Below, in pieces: positions 18,674 through 29,808 of a DNA stretch of 46,517 bases. Made by a program: the position numbers and the translations under genes. A model generated the notes under the pieces. The model saw only the letters and a program-made list of their open reading frames with translations. It made no database searches and was not told the origin of the DNA. The stretch lies in the NCBI GenBank assembly GCA_966243015.1, contig CBIMES010000002.1, positions 1 through 46,517 of the forward strand, in the 5' to 3' direction. Numbering within the stretch: the stretch's first letter is position 1; the number at the start of each line of letters is the position of its first letter. This stretch comes from an uncultured bacterium. Lineage in GTDB: Bacteria > Patescibacteriota > Minisyncoccia > Phycocordibacterales > UBA6065.

Positions 18674-18744
18674 TTGCGGGGGGTGGAATTGAACCACCTC
18701 CTACAGGTTATGAGCCTGTCGAGCTACCGGTGCTCTACCCCGCT
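18674..18744 (-). tRNA. Initiator tRNA-fMet(CAT)
   Basis: 1:72 mismatch (AGCGGGG/CCCCGCA), GAGC/GCTC D-stem of initiator type, CT-CAT-AA loop. Confidence 0.85.
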
Positions 18745-18841
18745 ATCGCCTCCCAGATAGAGAGACTAATAGTATACAACGGCATAAAATTTGATGCAAG
18801 ACCCTCGGGGCCGCAAAGTGCCGGCCGCTGACCCAGCCCGC

Positions 18842-19426
18842 CTAGATATAGTAGAATTCGCTGAAAACCTTCTTGTAGAGGCCTATAATGCGCTTCGCAT
18901 CCCGCTCGTTCAGCTGGAAGTCGCTTCCCTGGTGCGCGATCTGGTTTCGCACCTTGTGGGCCTCCCAGGCATCGTTGAGCGTCAGGAAGTCGCTCGGCTC
19001 CACGCCCTTGAGCTGCTCGCCAATCGAGTCCCCCTGATAACCCATCTTGGTCAGGATGTCGGCGAGCATGATGTCAGCCTCCATGATGGCTAGCCTCCAA
19101 TCCGAAGGATTCGCGGAGTTGATGTGGGCCTCGACGCGCTGCCACTTCTGGTTGAGGACAGGGTCGGCGGCACCCTTCTCGTTCACCGCCTCCTTCACCC
19201 GAAGCGAGTGGAACTTCTGCTCCTGGATCCCCTCGAGCTGCTTCAGTCGAATGCGGGCGTAGACGATAACGTAGAAAAGGAAGAGCGTAAAGACGATGGC
19301 GAACGGAGTGATGATCTCGACGACGCGGATGAGAACGTTGAGCCAGGCGACAATGTCGAACCCCTTGAGGATCTCCCCGAGGCGCAGAAAGATGTATTCG
19401 ATATTAAGGAAGTTTATGGCATCCAT
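18842..19426 (-). CDS. Membrane-anchored protein with HEPN-like RxxxxH motif
   Basis: N-terminal TM; AIMEAD and AHKVRNQIAH. Confidence 0.65.
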   Translation of the reverse strand: MDAINFLNIEYIFLRLGEILKGFDIVAWLNVLIRVVEIITPFAIVFTLFLFYVIVYARIRLKQLEGIQEQKFHSLRVKEAVNEKGAADPVLNQKWQRVEAHINSANPSDWRLAIMEADIMLADILTKMGYQGDSIGEQLKGVEPSDFLTLNDAWEAHKVRNQIAHQGSDFQLNERDAKRIIGLYKKVFSEFYYI

Positions 19427-19447
19427 GCTTCCCTTATTCTACACCCT

Positions 19448-20866
19448 CTAGGCCTTTTCGCCGAGGAACGCCTTGCCGAGGGCGAAGAGGACGTCCTCCC
19501 TGCCCTGGGCGGCGACGAGCTGCATGCCAATCGGAAGCTTGATGCCGTCAACATTCTTCTCGCCCGCCGGGATAGAGATGGCTGGGATGCCCACGAGATT
19601 TGCCGTCACGGTGAAAATGTCCTCGAGGTACATGGCGACCGGGTCAGAGACCTTCTCCCCTATCTTGAAAGCCGGCGCAGGCGCGGTCGGCGTGATGATG
19701 GCGTCGACGCCGGCGAACGCCTTCGCGAAATCGGCCTTGAGCAACTCCCGTACGGCGTTCGCCTTGTTGTAGTACGCGTCGTAGTAGCCCGACGAGAGCA
19801 CGTAGGCGCCGAGCATGATGCGGCGGCGCGCCTCGCGGCCAAAGAGATCGCCTCGGGTGAGGAAGTAATCCTCGGTAAGGTCCTTGCCGTCCTTGTGGGC
19901 GCCGTACTTCACGCCGTCAAAGCGCGAGAGGTTGGTCGACACCTCGGCGAACATGAGCACGTAGTATACGGCGAGCGAGTACTCGATATGCGGGAGTTCG
20001 ATATCCTTCACCTCGAAACCAAGGGCCTTGAATTTCTCGAGAGATGCCTCGAACGCGGACATAACCGCAGGGTCAATGCCGTCACCCTTGAGGAAGGCGC
20101 GTGGGACACCGATGACAGGCTTTCGCGGGGACGCCGGTCGAAGGGCGTCGACGTCAATAGACGTGCTGTCGTACGAGTCCTTGCCTTTCATGGCATTGAA
20201 GAGGATCTCGGCGTCGGTAACGGTCTTGGTAACAGGGCCGATGACGTCGAGGGACGAGCCCATAGCCATGAGGCCGTGTCGCGAAATGGAGCCGTAGGTC
20301 GGCTTGAGCCCGACCACGCCACAGTAGCTCGCCGGCTGGCGAACGGAACCGCCCGTATCAGAGCCAAGCGACGCAATGGCCATGTCGCCCGCCACGGCAG
20401 CGGCCGAACCGCCCGACGAACCGCCCGAGACACGAGAGAGATCGCGCGGATTCTTGGTCACGCCATACGCGGAGTTCTCGGTCGAGCCGCCCATGGCGAA
20501 CTCGTCCATGTTCACGCGGCCGATGAAGACGGCACCCGCCTCCTTGAGCTTGGCGATGGCGGTCGCGTCGTACGGTCCGACGTATCCCTCGAGAATCTGC
20601 GAGGCAGAGCCGACCTTCCTTCCCTTCACGAGAATGTTGTCCTTGACGGCAATCGGAATGCCGGCGAGCATATTGTCTGCAGAGACTTTCTTCTGCGCGG
20701 CTTCCGCCTGGGCCATGACGTCGTCATAGACCTCGAGGTACGCGTGAATGTCGCCGTCCTTTGCGGCAATCGCCTTGAGATGCGCGTCGGCGAGGTCTCG
20801 GGTGGTGAAGTCCCCCTTTACGAGTCCCTCGTGAGCTGAAACGATAGTGAGTTTGGTGAGATCCAT
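19448..20866 (-). CDS. gatA: Asp/Glu-tRNA amidotransferase subunit A
   Basis: NMDEFAMGGSTENS, GGSSGGS, GSDTGGSVRQPA, RRIMLGAYVLSSGYYDAYY. Confidence 0.97.
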   Translation of the reverse strand: MDLTKLTIVSAHEGLVKGDFTTRDLADAHLKAIAAKDGDIHAYLEVYDDVMAQAEAAQKKVSADNMLAGIPIAVKDNILVKGRKVGSASQILEGYVGPYDATAIAKLKEAGAVFIGRVNMDEFAMGGSTENSAYGVTKNPRDLSRVSGGSSGGSAAAVAGDMAIASLGSDTGGSVRQPASYCGVVGLKPTYGSISRHGLMAMGSSLDVIGPVTKTVTDAEILFNAMKGKDSYDSTSIDVDALRPASPRKPVIGVPRAFLKGDGIDPAVMSAFEASLEKFKALGFEVKDIELPHIEYSLAVYYVLMFAEVSTNLSRFDGVKYGAHKDGKDLTEDYFLTRGDLFGREARRRIMLGAYVLSSGYYDAYYNKANAVRELLKADFAKAFAGVDAIITPTAPAPAFKIGEKVSDPVAMYLEDIFTVTANLVGIPAISIPAGEKNVDGIKLPIGMQLVAAQGREDVLFALGKAFLGEKA

Positions 20867-20892
20867 GGAAATGTGTGAAAAATGCGCCGGCG

Positions 20893-21177
20893 CTATGAGA
20901 GTATTTTCTTAACCTTCACGTAGTCACCCTCGTGCTGAGGGGCGCCGTCGACGAGGGTGCGGGTGTACGCGCCGCTCTCGTTCGGATTCGCATCTTCGCG
21001 GAGAACGTTTCGGTTAACCGACATGACGGGGCCGGACTCGGATCCCGTGACCTCCTTGAGCTTGTCCACGTAGGCCAGAATCGAGGACATCTCGCCCTGG
21101 AATCGGGTGATTTCCTCGTCGGAGAGCTTGAGGCGAGAGAGATTCGCCAGCTTCTGTACGTCTTCTTTCGTGATCAT
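20893..21177 (-). CDS. gatC: Asp/Glu-tRNA amidotransferase subunit C
   Basis: V.KLANLSRL, NVLRED, YVKVKKIL; upstream of gatA. Confidence 0.93.
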   Translation of the reverse strand: MITKEDVQKLANLSRLKLSDEEITRFQGEMSSILAYVDKLKEVTGSESGPVMSVNRNVLREDANPNESGAYTRTLVDGAPQHEGDYVKVKKILS

Positions 21178-21217
21178 GGGAGCACTATATCATAGAAAGG
21201 GCGCTCTACATAGCCAC

Positions 21218-21249
21218 AATAAAAGGCTCAGTCCACTGAGCCTTTTATT
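21218..21249. terminator. Intrinsic terminator / palindrome with the same arms as 5830-5873
   Basis: AATAAAAGGCTCAG-TCCA-CTGAGCCTTTTATT. Confidence 0.7.
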
Positions 21250-21288
21250 CTCACTCAAGAGAGCGCACCGAAAGTCGGCCCTTATTAC

Positions 21289-21669
21289 CTAGCGAGCAAA
21301 TCCGAGGAGCGCAAGCCATCCTCTCGAGGCAAACGCGTTTGTCATGGCCGTCTTTGTTATAGACCCAAAGTAACCACTTGCTGGCGAGACACCTATGGCA
21401 GCCTGATACTGAGCGAGCGCCGACTGAGTAAGGCTACCGAAATAACCAAGGGGAACGGAAATTGGAACGTTGAGATAGCCCATTTCGGAAAGGAGACCCT
21501 GAAGGAACACGACGTCCTGTCCCGATGAGCCAAGAGTGAGATCCCTGCCGACGAACACGTTAGGATACACCTGCGCGTGAGCCCGCTGCGGAACAACGGA
21601 AGAAGCGAAGGCGAATAGCAGGGCAAAGGAGATAGATGAGACGAAGAGAAACCGAGTTTTTGTTTTCAT
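21289..21669 (-). CDS. Secreted peptidoglycan-binding domain (PG_binding_1-like) protein
   Basis: Signal peptide (AHA); LTLGSSGQDV..LQ..L, GYFGSLTQSAL..YQ, GYFGSITK. Confidence 0.8.
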   Translation of the reverse strand: MKTKTRFLFVSSISFALLFAFASSVVPQRAHAQVYPNVFVGRDLTLGSSGQDVVFLQGLLSEMGYLNVPISVPLGYFGSLTQSALAQYQAAIGVSPASGYFGSITKTAMTNAFASRGWLALLGFAR

Positions 21670-21795
21670 GGAAGTTATAGATTAGCTCATAACATCCCGC
21701 CTCTCGTGAGACGCGACATACCGCCGAAGAACCCCCAATTTCCATGGTATACCCCTCACCGCTCAGTTCAAGGGGCGATGTTAACACCCTCGCGA

Positions 21796-23829
<2,034 letters not shown>

Positions 23830-24354
23830 TTAGTACGTGATGCGGAGCGCTCGTTCAACCTTGAGACTGTCGGTACCAACGCACTTGTTGGCACCCGCCT
23901 CGCTCGCCACGTACCCGACATTATAGCCACGGGAGATGACGCTCGTAAAATCCTGACCGCCCGAGGAATACTTGCCGACTGAGACGTAGGCGCATGGCAG
24001 GGCGCCCGTGGTGGCGTTGGTCGGCGAGAACGAGAACGTGGTCGTGGCAGCGCCGGACGACCTCGACTCGGCGACCGTCACGGCCTGGCCGGCGCAGCTG
24101 AACGACGGCGACGCGCCAGACTCCGACGACGAGGCGAAAACGGTACCGACCACGTCCCAGTAGAGGGCGCACTCGATGCCGCTGTCCGCGGCGAAGAACG
24201 CGGCCTGGGACTCTCGTCCCGACGAGGAGAGGGCGAGCTCCTTGATGGTGAGGTTGAAGATCGAGAGGCCGATCGAGAGCAGCACGCTCGCCGTGAGTAC
24301 GGCGAAGAGCATCGCGAATCCCCTTTCCTCTCTCTGTGTCGAAATGGTGTTCAT
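23830..24354 (-). CDS. PilX/GspK-like minor pilin
   Basis: Class III signal GFAML lacking Glu5; AFFAADSGIECAL. Confidence 0.75.
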   Translation of the reverse strand: MNTISTQREERGFAMLFAVLTASVLLSIGLSIFNLTIKELALSSSGRESQAAFFAADSGIECALYWDVVGTVFASSSESGASPSFSCAGQAVTVAESRSSGAATTTFSFSPTNATTGALPCAYVSVGKYSSGGQDFTSVISRGYNVGYVASEAGANKCVGTDSLKVERALRITY

Positions 24355-24358
24355 GGGA

Positions 24359-24916
24359 TTAGAAGTTAAAGAGAAGTTCCTTCACCTGAAAGCTCTTCTC
24401 CGGGGCGAAGAGGTTAGTGTTCCAGGCGACGTTCACCGAGAGAAGGACCTCCTTGTTGTCGCTGCCGACAGGTATGATCTGCACGGTGCGCCTGAAGGGA
24501 GTGTCGACCCATGCGCCCGAGGGGTTGTATCCGTAAAGCCCCGAAGGCTTGTTGATGCGAATGCGAGGGCAGCCGAGGGTCGGGCACGGCGTCACGGCGT
24601 CGACGTTCGAAGAGTCGAGATACAGCGCGCTTATGGTACAACCGCTCGACGAGTCGCAGTCGTTTGCCCCATCCTCGATGAGGCCCGTGAGCCACGGCAA
24701 TCCGCCTATCTTGTTGCTGTCGCGCATGTTCCTGACGTACTCAACGGCCTCCTGGGCGAGATACGAGGCAGTGATCTGATCCTTGGAATAGACGGCGGAC
24801 GATATTCCCTTCTGGGCGATGAGGAGCGGGCCCGTGATGGCGAGCGAGAGTATCGAGATCGCCACCATGGCCTCGACGAGGGTGAATCCTGATTGTGTTC
24901 GAATACTTGTTCTCAT
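24359..24916 (-). CDS. PilV-like minor pilin
   Basis: GFTLVEAMVA; A.YLAQEAVEYVR. Confidence 0.8.
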   Translation of the reverse strand: MRTSIRTQSGFTLVEAMVAISILSLAITGPLLIAQKGISSAVYSKDQITASYLAQEAVEYVRNMRDSNKIGGLPWLTGLIEDGANDCDSSSGCTISALYLDSSNVDAVTPCPTLGCPRIRINKPSGLYGYNPSGAWVDTPFRRTVQIIPVGSDNKEVLLSVNVAWNTNLFAPEKSFQVKELLFNF

Positions 24917-24928
24917 GATGTTCTTCGC

Positions 24929-25495
24929 TTAGTCGGCCACGCGCTGCGACACGGTTGTCTGTATGTTGAAGTCCGATCGGGTTGTCGACGTTCCCGAATA
25001 GCCCTGAATGACGATCATGACCTTCGGCTGGCCTCCCACCGACGGATCATGGTAGAACCTGAGGTTCGTGATAGAGATTTCCTGGGCAGTAATAGGCACG
25101 GGAGAGGCGTTGCCCATTGGTCCGCCGCCGAGAATCTGGCGGGTGATGCGCATGTTGGAGAGGCCGTAGCGAACCTCGTCGTCACTGCCGTAGGAACCGT
25201 TTCCGTTCACGTCCCTGTTGGCCCGATACCTGAAGGTGTCTCCGCCCGCGCTCGCGCAGTCCCCGCCGCCGCACTGGTAGTTCGAGCCCACACGCATGTC
25301 TCGTGACATGCTCTCGAGGGCGAAGTTAAGGTTCGTCATCACCGACTTGATCGAATGGGCCTTCTTGTTTGCCTCGACGATGCTGAAGATGGCGCCCGTG
25401 GCGACGAGCATGACGGTGGCGAATATGGAAACCGCCACCATCACCTCGATGAGGGTGAAGGCTCGGGCGACCGTGTGTGATGTTCGTGACGTCAT
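24929..25495 (-). CDS. PilW/GspJ-like minor pilin
   Basis: AFTLIEVMVA; NLNFALESMSRDMR. Confidence 0.8.
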   Translation of the reverse strand: MTSRTSHTVARAFTLIEVMVAVSIFATVMLVATGAIFSIVEANKKAHSIKSVMTNLNFALESMSRDMRVGSNYQCGGGDCASAGGDTFRYRANRDVNGNGSYGSDDEVRYGLSNMRITRQILGGGPMGNASPVPITAQEISITNLRFYHDPSVGGQPKVMIVIQGYSGTSTTRSDFNIQTTVSQRVAD

Positions 25496-25498
25496 GGC

Positions 25499-26077
25499 TT
25501 AGTTGCAGTTAGTCGGATCAGTCGACACGGATATCTGTCCCGTGGCCTCGACGATGACCTTGCGGTAGTCGTTCTTCGGCGAGACGAGGCAGATGATCGT
25601 CGTGCCCCCCGTGTAGATCGGCGTCGTGTTGTCTCGGGAGATGAAGGTGTCGGGGTTCGGTCGCAGGAACGAGAGGGTCAGGCTCGTGAGGTTACACTCA
25701 ATCGTGGTGCTGCCGGCGCAGAGCTTGCCAATCCTGTTTCCCCTGCGAATGGCATAGGTATCGAGCGTCTCGTTCGCCGTCGCGTAGAGGTGGTTTTTGT
25801 TTATGTCCTCGAAGAGCGTGTAGCTCGTCGAGTTCGCCTGGAAATGGACGCCGTATCCTGAATCGAAGTTGCCGGTCGAGGCGCTCTGCTTGACGGTGAT
25901 GCCGTAGAACTGTGCCTGCCTCACCGAGAGGGCGATCTCGTAGGCGAGGTTCGTGAGGGCGACGCTTGAGTTGAAGGAGGCGTAATTGAACACCGACACC
26001 GTGGTGATGACCGTGAAGATTGCCACCGAGACGAGAAGCTCGGCGAGGGTGAATCCAGAGGCGGATGTCGATTTCAT
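25499..26077 (-). CDS. FimT/GspH-like minor pilin
   Basis: GFTLAELLV; EIALSVRQAQ, YGVHF. Confidence 0.8.
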   Translation of the reverse strand: MKSTSASGFTLAELLVSVAIFTVITTVSVFNYASFNSSVALTNLAYEIALSVRQAQFYGITVKQSASTGNFDSGYGVHFQANSTSYTLFEDINKNHLYATANETLDTYAIRRGNRIGKLCAGSTTIECNLTSLTLSFLRPNPDTFISRDNTTPIYTGGTTIICLVSPKNDYRKVIVEATGQISVSTDPTNCN

Positions 26078-26086
26078 GCCTCCCTA

Positions 26087-26893
26087 TTATAGCGCCAAAT
26101 AGGACGCGAGAGCAGGCAGGTCAATGTGCATAAGGAGCGACGCGAGGAAGCCCGCGATGATGAAGGGGCCGAACGGTATCTCGCTCTTCATGCCAAGGCC
26201 ATGCTTTGCGTGGCGAAGCCTCTGGTAGAGCATGACGGGCAGCATGACGAGAGTGCCAATCCAGAAGGCGAAGAGAATCGCGACGATTCCCTGCGAGAGG
26301 CCGAGAATCCAGCCGACCGAGAGGGCGAGCTTGGCGTCGCCAAAGCCCATCCACTTCCCCTTCGAGACTGCCCAGAAGAACCAGAAGAAGGCAAAGAGCG
26401 CCGGACCGGCGATGACTCGGTACATGTCGAGAGAGCCCGTGCCGAGCCATTCGACGCCAATGGCAGCCAAAGCAAGAAACGCGGCAGAATACGAGAAGAA
26501 GTCAGGGATGATCTTGTGCCGGAGGTCGTACGCGCCGATGACGATGTACAGGAAGAGAATCTTCGCCAGGAGCACGAAGAGCGTGATGCTCAAGAAGACG
26601 CTCGACACCGTCGGCGTATAGAGGTACGCCACGACGAGGGCGAGGCCGCCGAGAAGCTCGACGAGCGGGTACTGCCACGAGATGCGGGTACCGCATGACC
26701 TGCACCTCCCCCGCTGGATGAGAAAGCTGAAAACGGGGACGAGCTCGTACCAGGCGAGCAGCTTGTTGCAGGAGAAGCACTTTGACCTCCCCTTCGCTAT
26801 CGACATCCCCGTGTTGAAGCGCAGGATGACGACGTTGAGGAAGCTACCGATAATGATTCCGAAGAGAAAGAGGATGAGAATGACGGGTAGCAT
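26087..26893 (-). CDS. pilD: Prepilin peptidase / N-methyltransferase (A24A)
   Basis: GSFLNVVI.R, two CxxC pairs, YDLRHKIIPD, MGFGDAKL, IPFGPF. Confidence 0.95.
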   Translation of the reverse strand: MLPVILILFLFGIIIGSFLNVVILRFNTGMSIAKGRSKCFSCNKLLAWYELVPVFSFLIQRGRCRSCGTRISWQYPLVELLGGLALVVAYLYTPTVSSVFLSITLFVLLAKILFLYIVIGAYDLRHKIIPDFFSYSAAFLALAAIGVEWLGTGSLDMYRVIAGPALFAFFWFFWAVSKGKWMGFGDAKLALSVGWILGLSQGIVAILFAFWIGTLVMLPVMLYQRLRHAKHGLGMKSEIPFGPFIIAGFLASLLMHIDLPALASYLAL

Positions 26894-26901
26894 ATGTGTT
26901 T

Positions 26902-27327
26902 TTATCTTCCGACCTTATAGTTCGCAACCGAGCCCGTCGTCTTGCTCGTGCACGATGACGAGGTCTGCAGCTCCGAAGGAGGGGTTCCCTCGAACTTCAC
27001 GCCGAAGCAGTAGTTTGCGTTGCCGTTGGACGAGAGATACTCGTAGGCCTGACCCTGCAGCGGGTCAGCGGGAATGGCGGGAAGGTACTTCTGGGTCACC
27101 AGAATGTTGAGGCCACTCGTGTCGGTGCCCGAGGGGTACGCCCTGTTCACGTCAAAGTACAGCGCGAGGGCGAGCTGAACCTGCGCGACATCGCTCGCCC
27201 GGCGGGCGTCCCTCGCCTTCGAGCGGGAGAGGGCCGTCGAACCGAAGATAATGGCGGTCATCACGCCAATGATCGAGATGACGATGAGAAGCTCGACGAG
27301 GGTAAATCCGCGTGACGATAATTTCAT
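26902..27327 (-). CDS. Type IV pilin / GspG-like pseudopilin
   Basis: MKLSSRGFTLVELL; KARDARR.SD...QLAL.LY; start at ATG 27327. Confidence 0.85.
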   Translation of the reverse strand: MKLSSRGFTLVELLIVISIIGVMTAIIFGSTALSRSKARDARRASDVAQVQLALALYFDVNRAYPSGTDTSGLNILVTQKYLPAIPADPLQGQAYEYLSSNGNANYCFGVKFEGTPPSELQTSSSCTSKTTGSVANYKVGR

Positions 27328-27344
27328 ACGCCCATTATAGCAAA

Positions 27345-27370
27345 GAAAAACACCCGCCGAAGCGGGTGTT
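27345..27370 (-). terminator. Pilin terminator copy 1
   Basis: GAAAAACACCCGC-CGAA-GCGGGTGTT on + strand (UUCG loop and U-tract on minus); identical to 27877-27902. Confidence 0.8.
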
Positions 27371-27383
27371 CCCCCAGAAGAGA

Positions 27384-27812
27384 CTAGTCGCAGTCGATGT
27401 TTCCGTCGACGAGAGTGGTGACAGTCGCAAGCCCAGCCTTCGAGTTGGTGCTCGTCGCCGCGCCCTTGTAATCGACGCATGCGTATACCGAGGAGGTCGT
27501 CTTGAGCGGAACCGCGATAACCCACTCGTTAGCGTCCGCGTAGCAGCGGGTTCCCGTGGTTCCTGCCGCGCTCTGAGCGCTCGCGACAGCCGCGGTTATA
27601 GTGGAATTCGAGCAGACTCCCGCGTAGCTGTTGGCACCGTCGTAGACAAGCTCGGCCTGGGCTCGAGTGTTCGCCAGGTTCGACTCGATCGCCGCGTCGG
27701 CGCCCTTGCTTCGGGCGCTGTTGAGCGAAGCAAGGACGACCGAGGAGAGAATACCGATGATCGCGATCACAACGAGGAGCTCGATCAGGGTGAAGCCTTT
27801 TGATTTAATCAT
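27384..27812 (-). CDS. Type IV pilin, paralog 2
   Basis: KGFTLIELLVVIAIIGILSSVVLASL; four Cys. Confidence 0.9.
   Translation of the reverse strand: MIKSKGFTLIELLVVIAIIGILSSVVLASLNSARSKGADAAIESNLANTRAQAELVYDGANSYAGVCSNSTITAAVASAQSAAGTTGTRCYADANEWVIAVPLKTTSSVYACVDYKGAATSTNSKAGLATVTTLVDGNIDCD
27676..27800. repeat. 125-bp direct repeat with 28262-28386 (pilin N-terminal coding region)
   Basis: Manual alignment: 122/125 identical. Confidence 0.9.
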
Positions 27813-27876
27813 GAGAGTTTTATTACAAAAAGTGACATACCGTCACCAAGCAATGGTATCACGATTTGCCGGGAAC

Positions 27877-27902
27877 GAAAAACACCCGCCGAAGCGGGTG
27901 TT
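27877..27902 (-). terminator. Pilin terminator copy 2
   Basis: Identical 26-mer to 27345-27370. Confidence 0.8.
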
Positions 27903-27924
27903 TTTGTTAAACTGCGATACCGAG

Positions 27925-28395
27925 CTATCCGCAAACAGCGTCAGATGCGCCGAGGGTCGTTCCCGTCGTAGTGGTAGCAGAACCAGAGCTGTCAACACAA
28001 GCGTACTGAGCAGAGTTGGTCTTAAGGGGTACTGCGACGGCCCAAGCAGCAACAACGCCAGAAGAAGCAGGGATCGCAACGCAAGCTGCTCCGGCAGATC
28101 CAGATGCGCTCAAAGCGCTACCGATGGCTGCTCGAACAGTTGCGTTCGAGAAAACTCCCGCACCCGCGGCTGAGGTGCAGGCGGTAGCACCGTATGCCTG
28201 GGTTCCGTAGCTATTGTTGTTGTCATCGTAATAAATCTCCGCCTGCGCTCGAACATTAGCGAGGTTCGACTTGATCGCCGCGTCGGCGCCCTTGCTTCGG
28301 GCGCTGTTGAGCGAGGCAAGGACGACCGAGGAGAGAATACCGATGATCGCAATCACAACGAGGAGCTCGATCAGGGTGAAGCCTTTGTTTTTCAT
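27925..28395 (-). CDS. Type IV pilin, probable major pilin
   Basis: KGFTLIELLVVIAIIG; own near-consensus promoter and terminator. Confidence 0.9.
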   Translation of the reverse strand: MKNKGFTLIELLVVIAIIGILSSVVLASLNSARSKGADAAIKSNLANVRAQAEIYYDDNNNSYGTQAYGATACTSAAGAGVFSNATVRAAIGSALSASGSAGAACVAIPASSGVVAAWAVAVPLKTNSAQYACVDSSGSATTTTGTTLGASDAVCG

Positions 28396-28490
28396 ATTGT
28401 AGTGTTAAACCGAATATTAAATTGATTCCCGGAATTACCCGCTCAAATGCTCGATGTTCTCCAAGCGCTTGGGCGGGTACCGGCTCCCCA

Positions 28491-28520
28491 ATTATACAGA
28501 ACAAATATTTTCGGTTGCAA
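28491..28520 (-). promoter_or_regulatory. Sigma70-type promoter of the pilin gene
   Basis: TTGCAA-18 nt-TATAAT on minus strand, just after the pilC terminator. Confidence 0.7.
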
Positions 28521-28548
28521 AGGGGCATGGGGATAACGCCCTCAACGG

Positions 28549-28571
28549 AAAAACCGCCTTTCGGCGGTTTT
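28549..28571 (-). terminator. Terminator after pilC
   Basis: AAAACCGCC-GAAA-GGCGGTTTTT on minus strand. Confidence 0.8.
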
Positions 28572-28587
28572 GGACCATTCCCCCGCC

Positions 28588-29796
28588 CTACGAGATGTTC
28601 GAGGAGATGTTGTAGATCGGGATGAGCACCGAAGCGAGGAGGAATCCCACGCCGAGACCGAGGAGCACAATCATCGCCGGCTCGATGAGGTCGACGAGAG
28701 TGTCAACAGCGTTGATCACCTCGCGACGATAGAAGGCCGAGAGCGTCTTGAGGATCTTGCCGAGCTCTCCTGACTCCTCTCCCACCTTGATCATCTGGAT
28801 CATGATGCCCGGGATCTCCGACCTGTCGGCGAGGGCGTCGGAAACGGACTTTCCTCCCTTCACCGACTCGGTCGCGTTGTCGAGAATGCCTTTGTAGACC
28901 CTGTTCCCCACGATATTCGAGGTCAGCTCGAGGGCGCGCACCATCGGGATGCCAGACACGAGCATGGTATTCATGTTGTCCGCGATGCGCGAGAGATAGA
29001 GCTTCTGGTAGAGGTTCTTCACGAACGGAATCTTGATTTTCACCTCGTCGAGGGACGCCTTGCCCGCGTCCGTGAGGGTGAAGCGCCAGAAGACGAAGCC
29101 CGCGATGATGGCGGCAATGAGGCCGAAGATGCCGTAATCGACCATGAAGTTCGAGAGGCCGATGACTACCTTTGTGTAGACAGGAACCTCCTGTCCCGAC
29201 TCGGTGAGAATCGTCGAGATCTTCGGGATCACGACCGTAAGCATGAGAATCATAACCACCACGAAGGTGAAGATGACGAAAGCCGGGTAGATGAGGGCGT
29301 TTCGGGCCTTGGCGTTCACCTCGTACGTTCGGTCGAGATGGTCGGCGAGGAAGATGAAGACCTCGTCGAGCTTTCCGGACTCCTCTCCCGATCGCACCAT
29401 GTTCACGTAGAAGTCGGAGAAGATCTTCGGATGCTTCGAGAGGGCCTTCGATATGGAAGATCCTGCCTGAAGGTCGTCGGCGATCTCGGTAAGGGCCTTG
29501 TTGAGAAGCGCGTTCTCAGACTCGGCCGCGAGGAGCCTGAAGACGCGGAGCGCGGAGACCTGCGCCTCGAAGAGCGTCGACAGCTGTCGCGAGAGCACCA
29601 CGACCTCCTTTGAGGAGACGTGGGAGAAGATGGCGAAGTCCCTCTCGAGGAACGACTTCTTCTCGGCAGGTTCGACGTTTCGAATGGTCAGCCCCCTTCT
29701 CTGGAGGGACGAGATTGCCACGTCGAGAGAGATGGCGTCGATGCTGCCCTTCGCCTCTGCCCCTGTCTGGTCTACCGCTTCGTAGTTAAAAAGCAT
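28588..29796 (-). CDS. pilC: Type IV pilus platform protein (PilC/GspF)
   Basis: Two T2SSF repeats with GEESGKLD and GEESGELG; ALIYP; LIEP. Confidence 0.93.
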   Translation of the reverse strand: MLFNYEAVDQTGAEAKGSIDAISLDVAISSLQRRGLTIRNVEPAEKKSFLERDFAIFSHVSSKEVVVLSRQLSTLFEAQVSALRVFRLLAAESENALLNKALTEIADDLQAGSSISKALSKHPKIFSDFYVNMVRSGEESGKLDEVFIFLADHLDRTYEVNAKARNALIYPAFVIFTFVVVMILMLTVVIPKISTILTESGQEVPVYTKVVIGLSNFMVDYGIFGLIAAIIAGFVFWRFTLTDAGKASLDEVKIKIPFVKNLYQKLYLSRIADNMNTMLVSGIPMVRALELTSNIVGNRVYKGILDNATESVKGGKSVSDALADRSEIPGIMIQMIKVGEESGELGKILKTLSAFYRREVINAVDTLVDLIEPAMIVLLGLGVGFLLASVLIPIYNISSNIS

Positions 29797-29808
29797 GTGT
29801 GTCTATGG

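Noticed and set aside
19448-21177. gatB missing next to gatC-gatA
   Set aside because: Split gat operons are common; gatB may lie outside the window
27328-27525. N-terminal extension of the 207-aa pilin ORF (similarly 9523-9609, 35674-35784, 36561-36701)
   Set aside because: Extensions overlap neighbouring genes, terminators or likely non-coding leaders; downstream starts fit the protein motifs better
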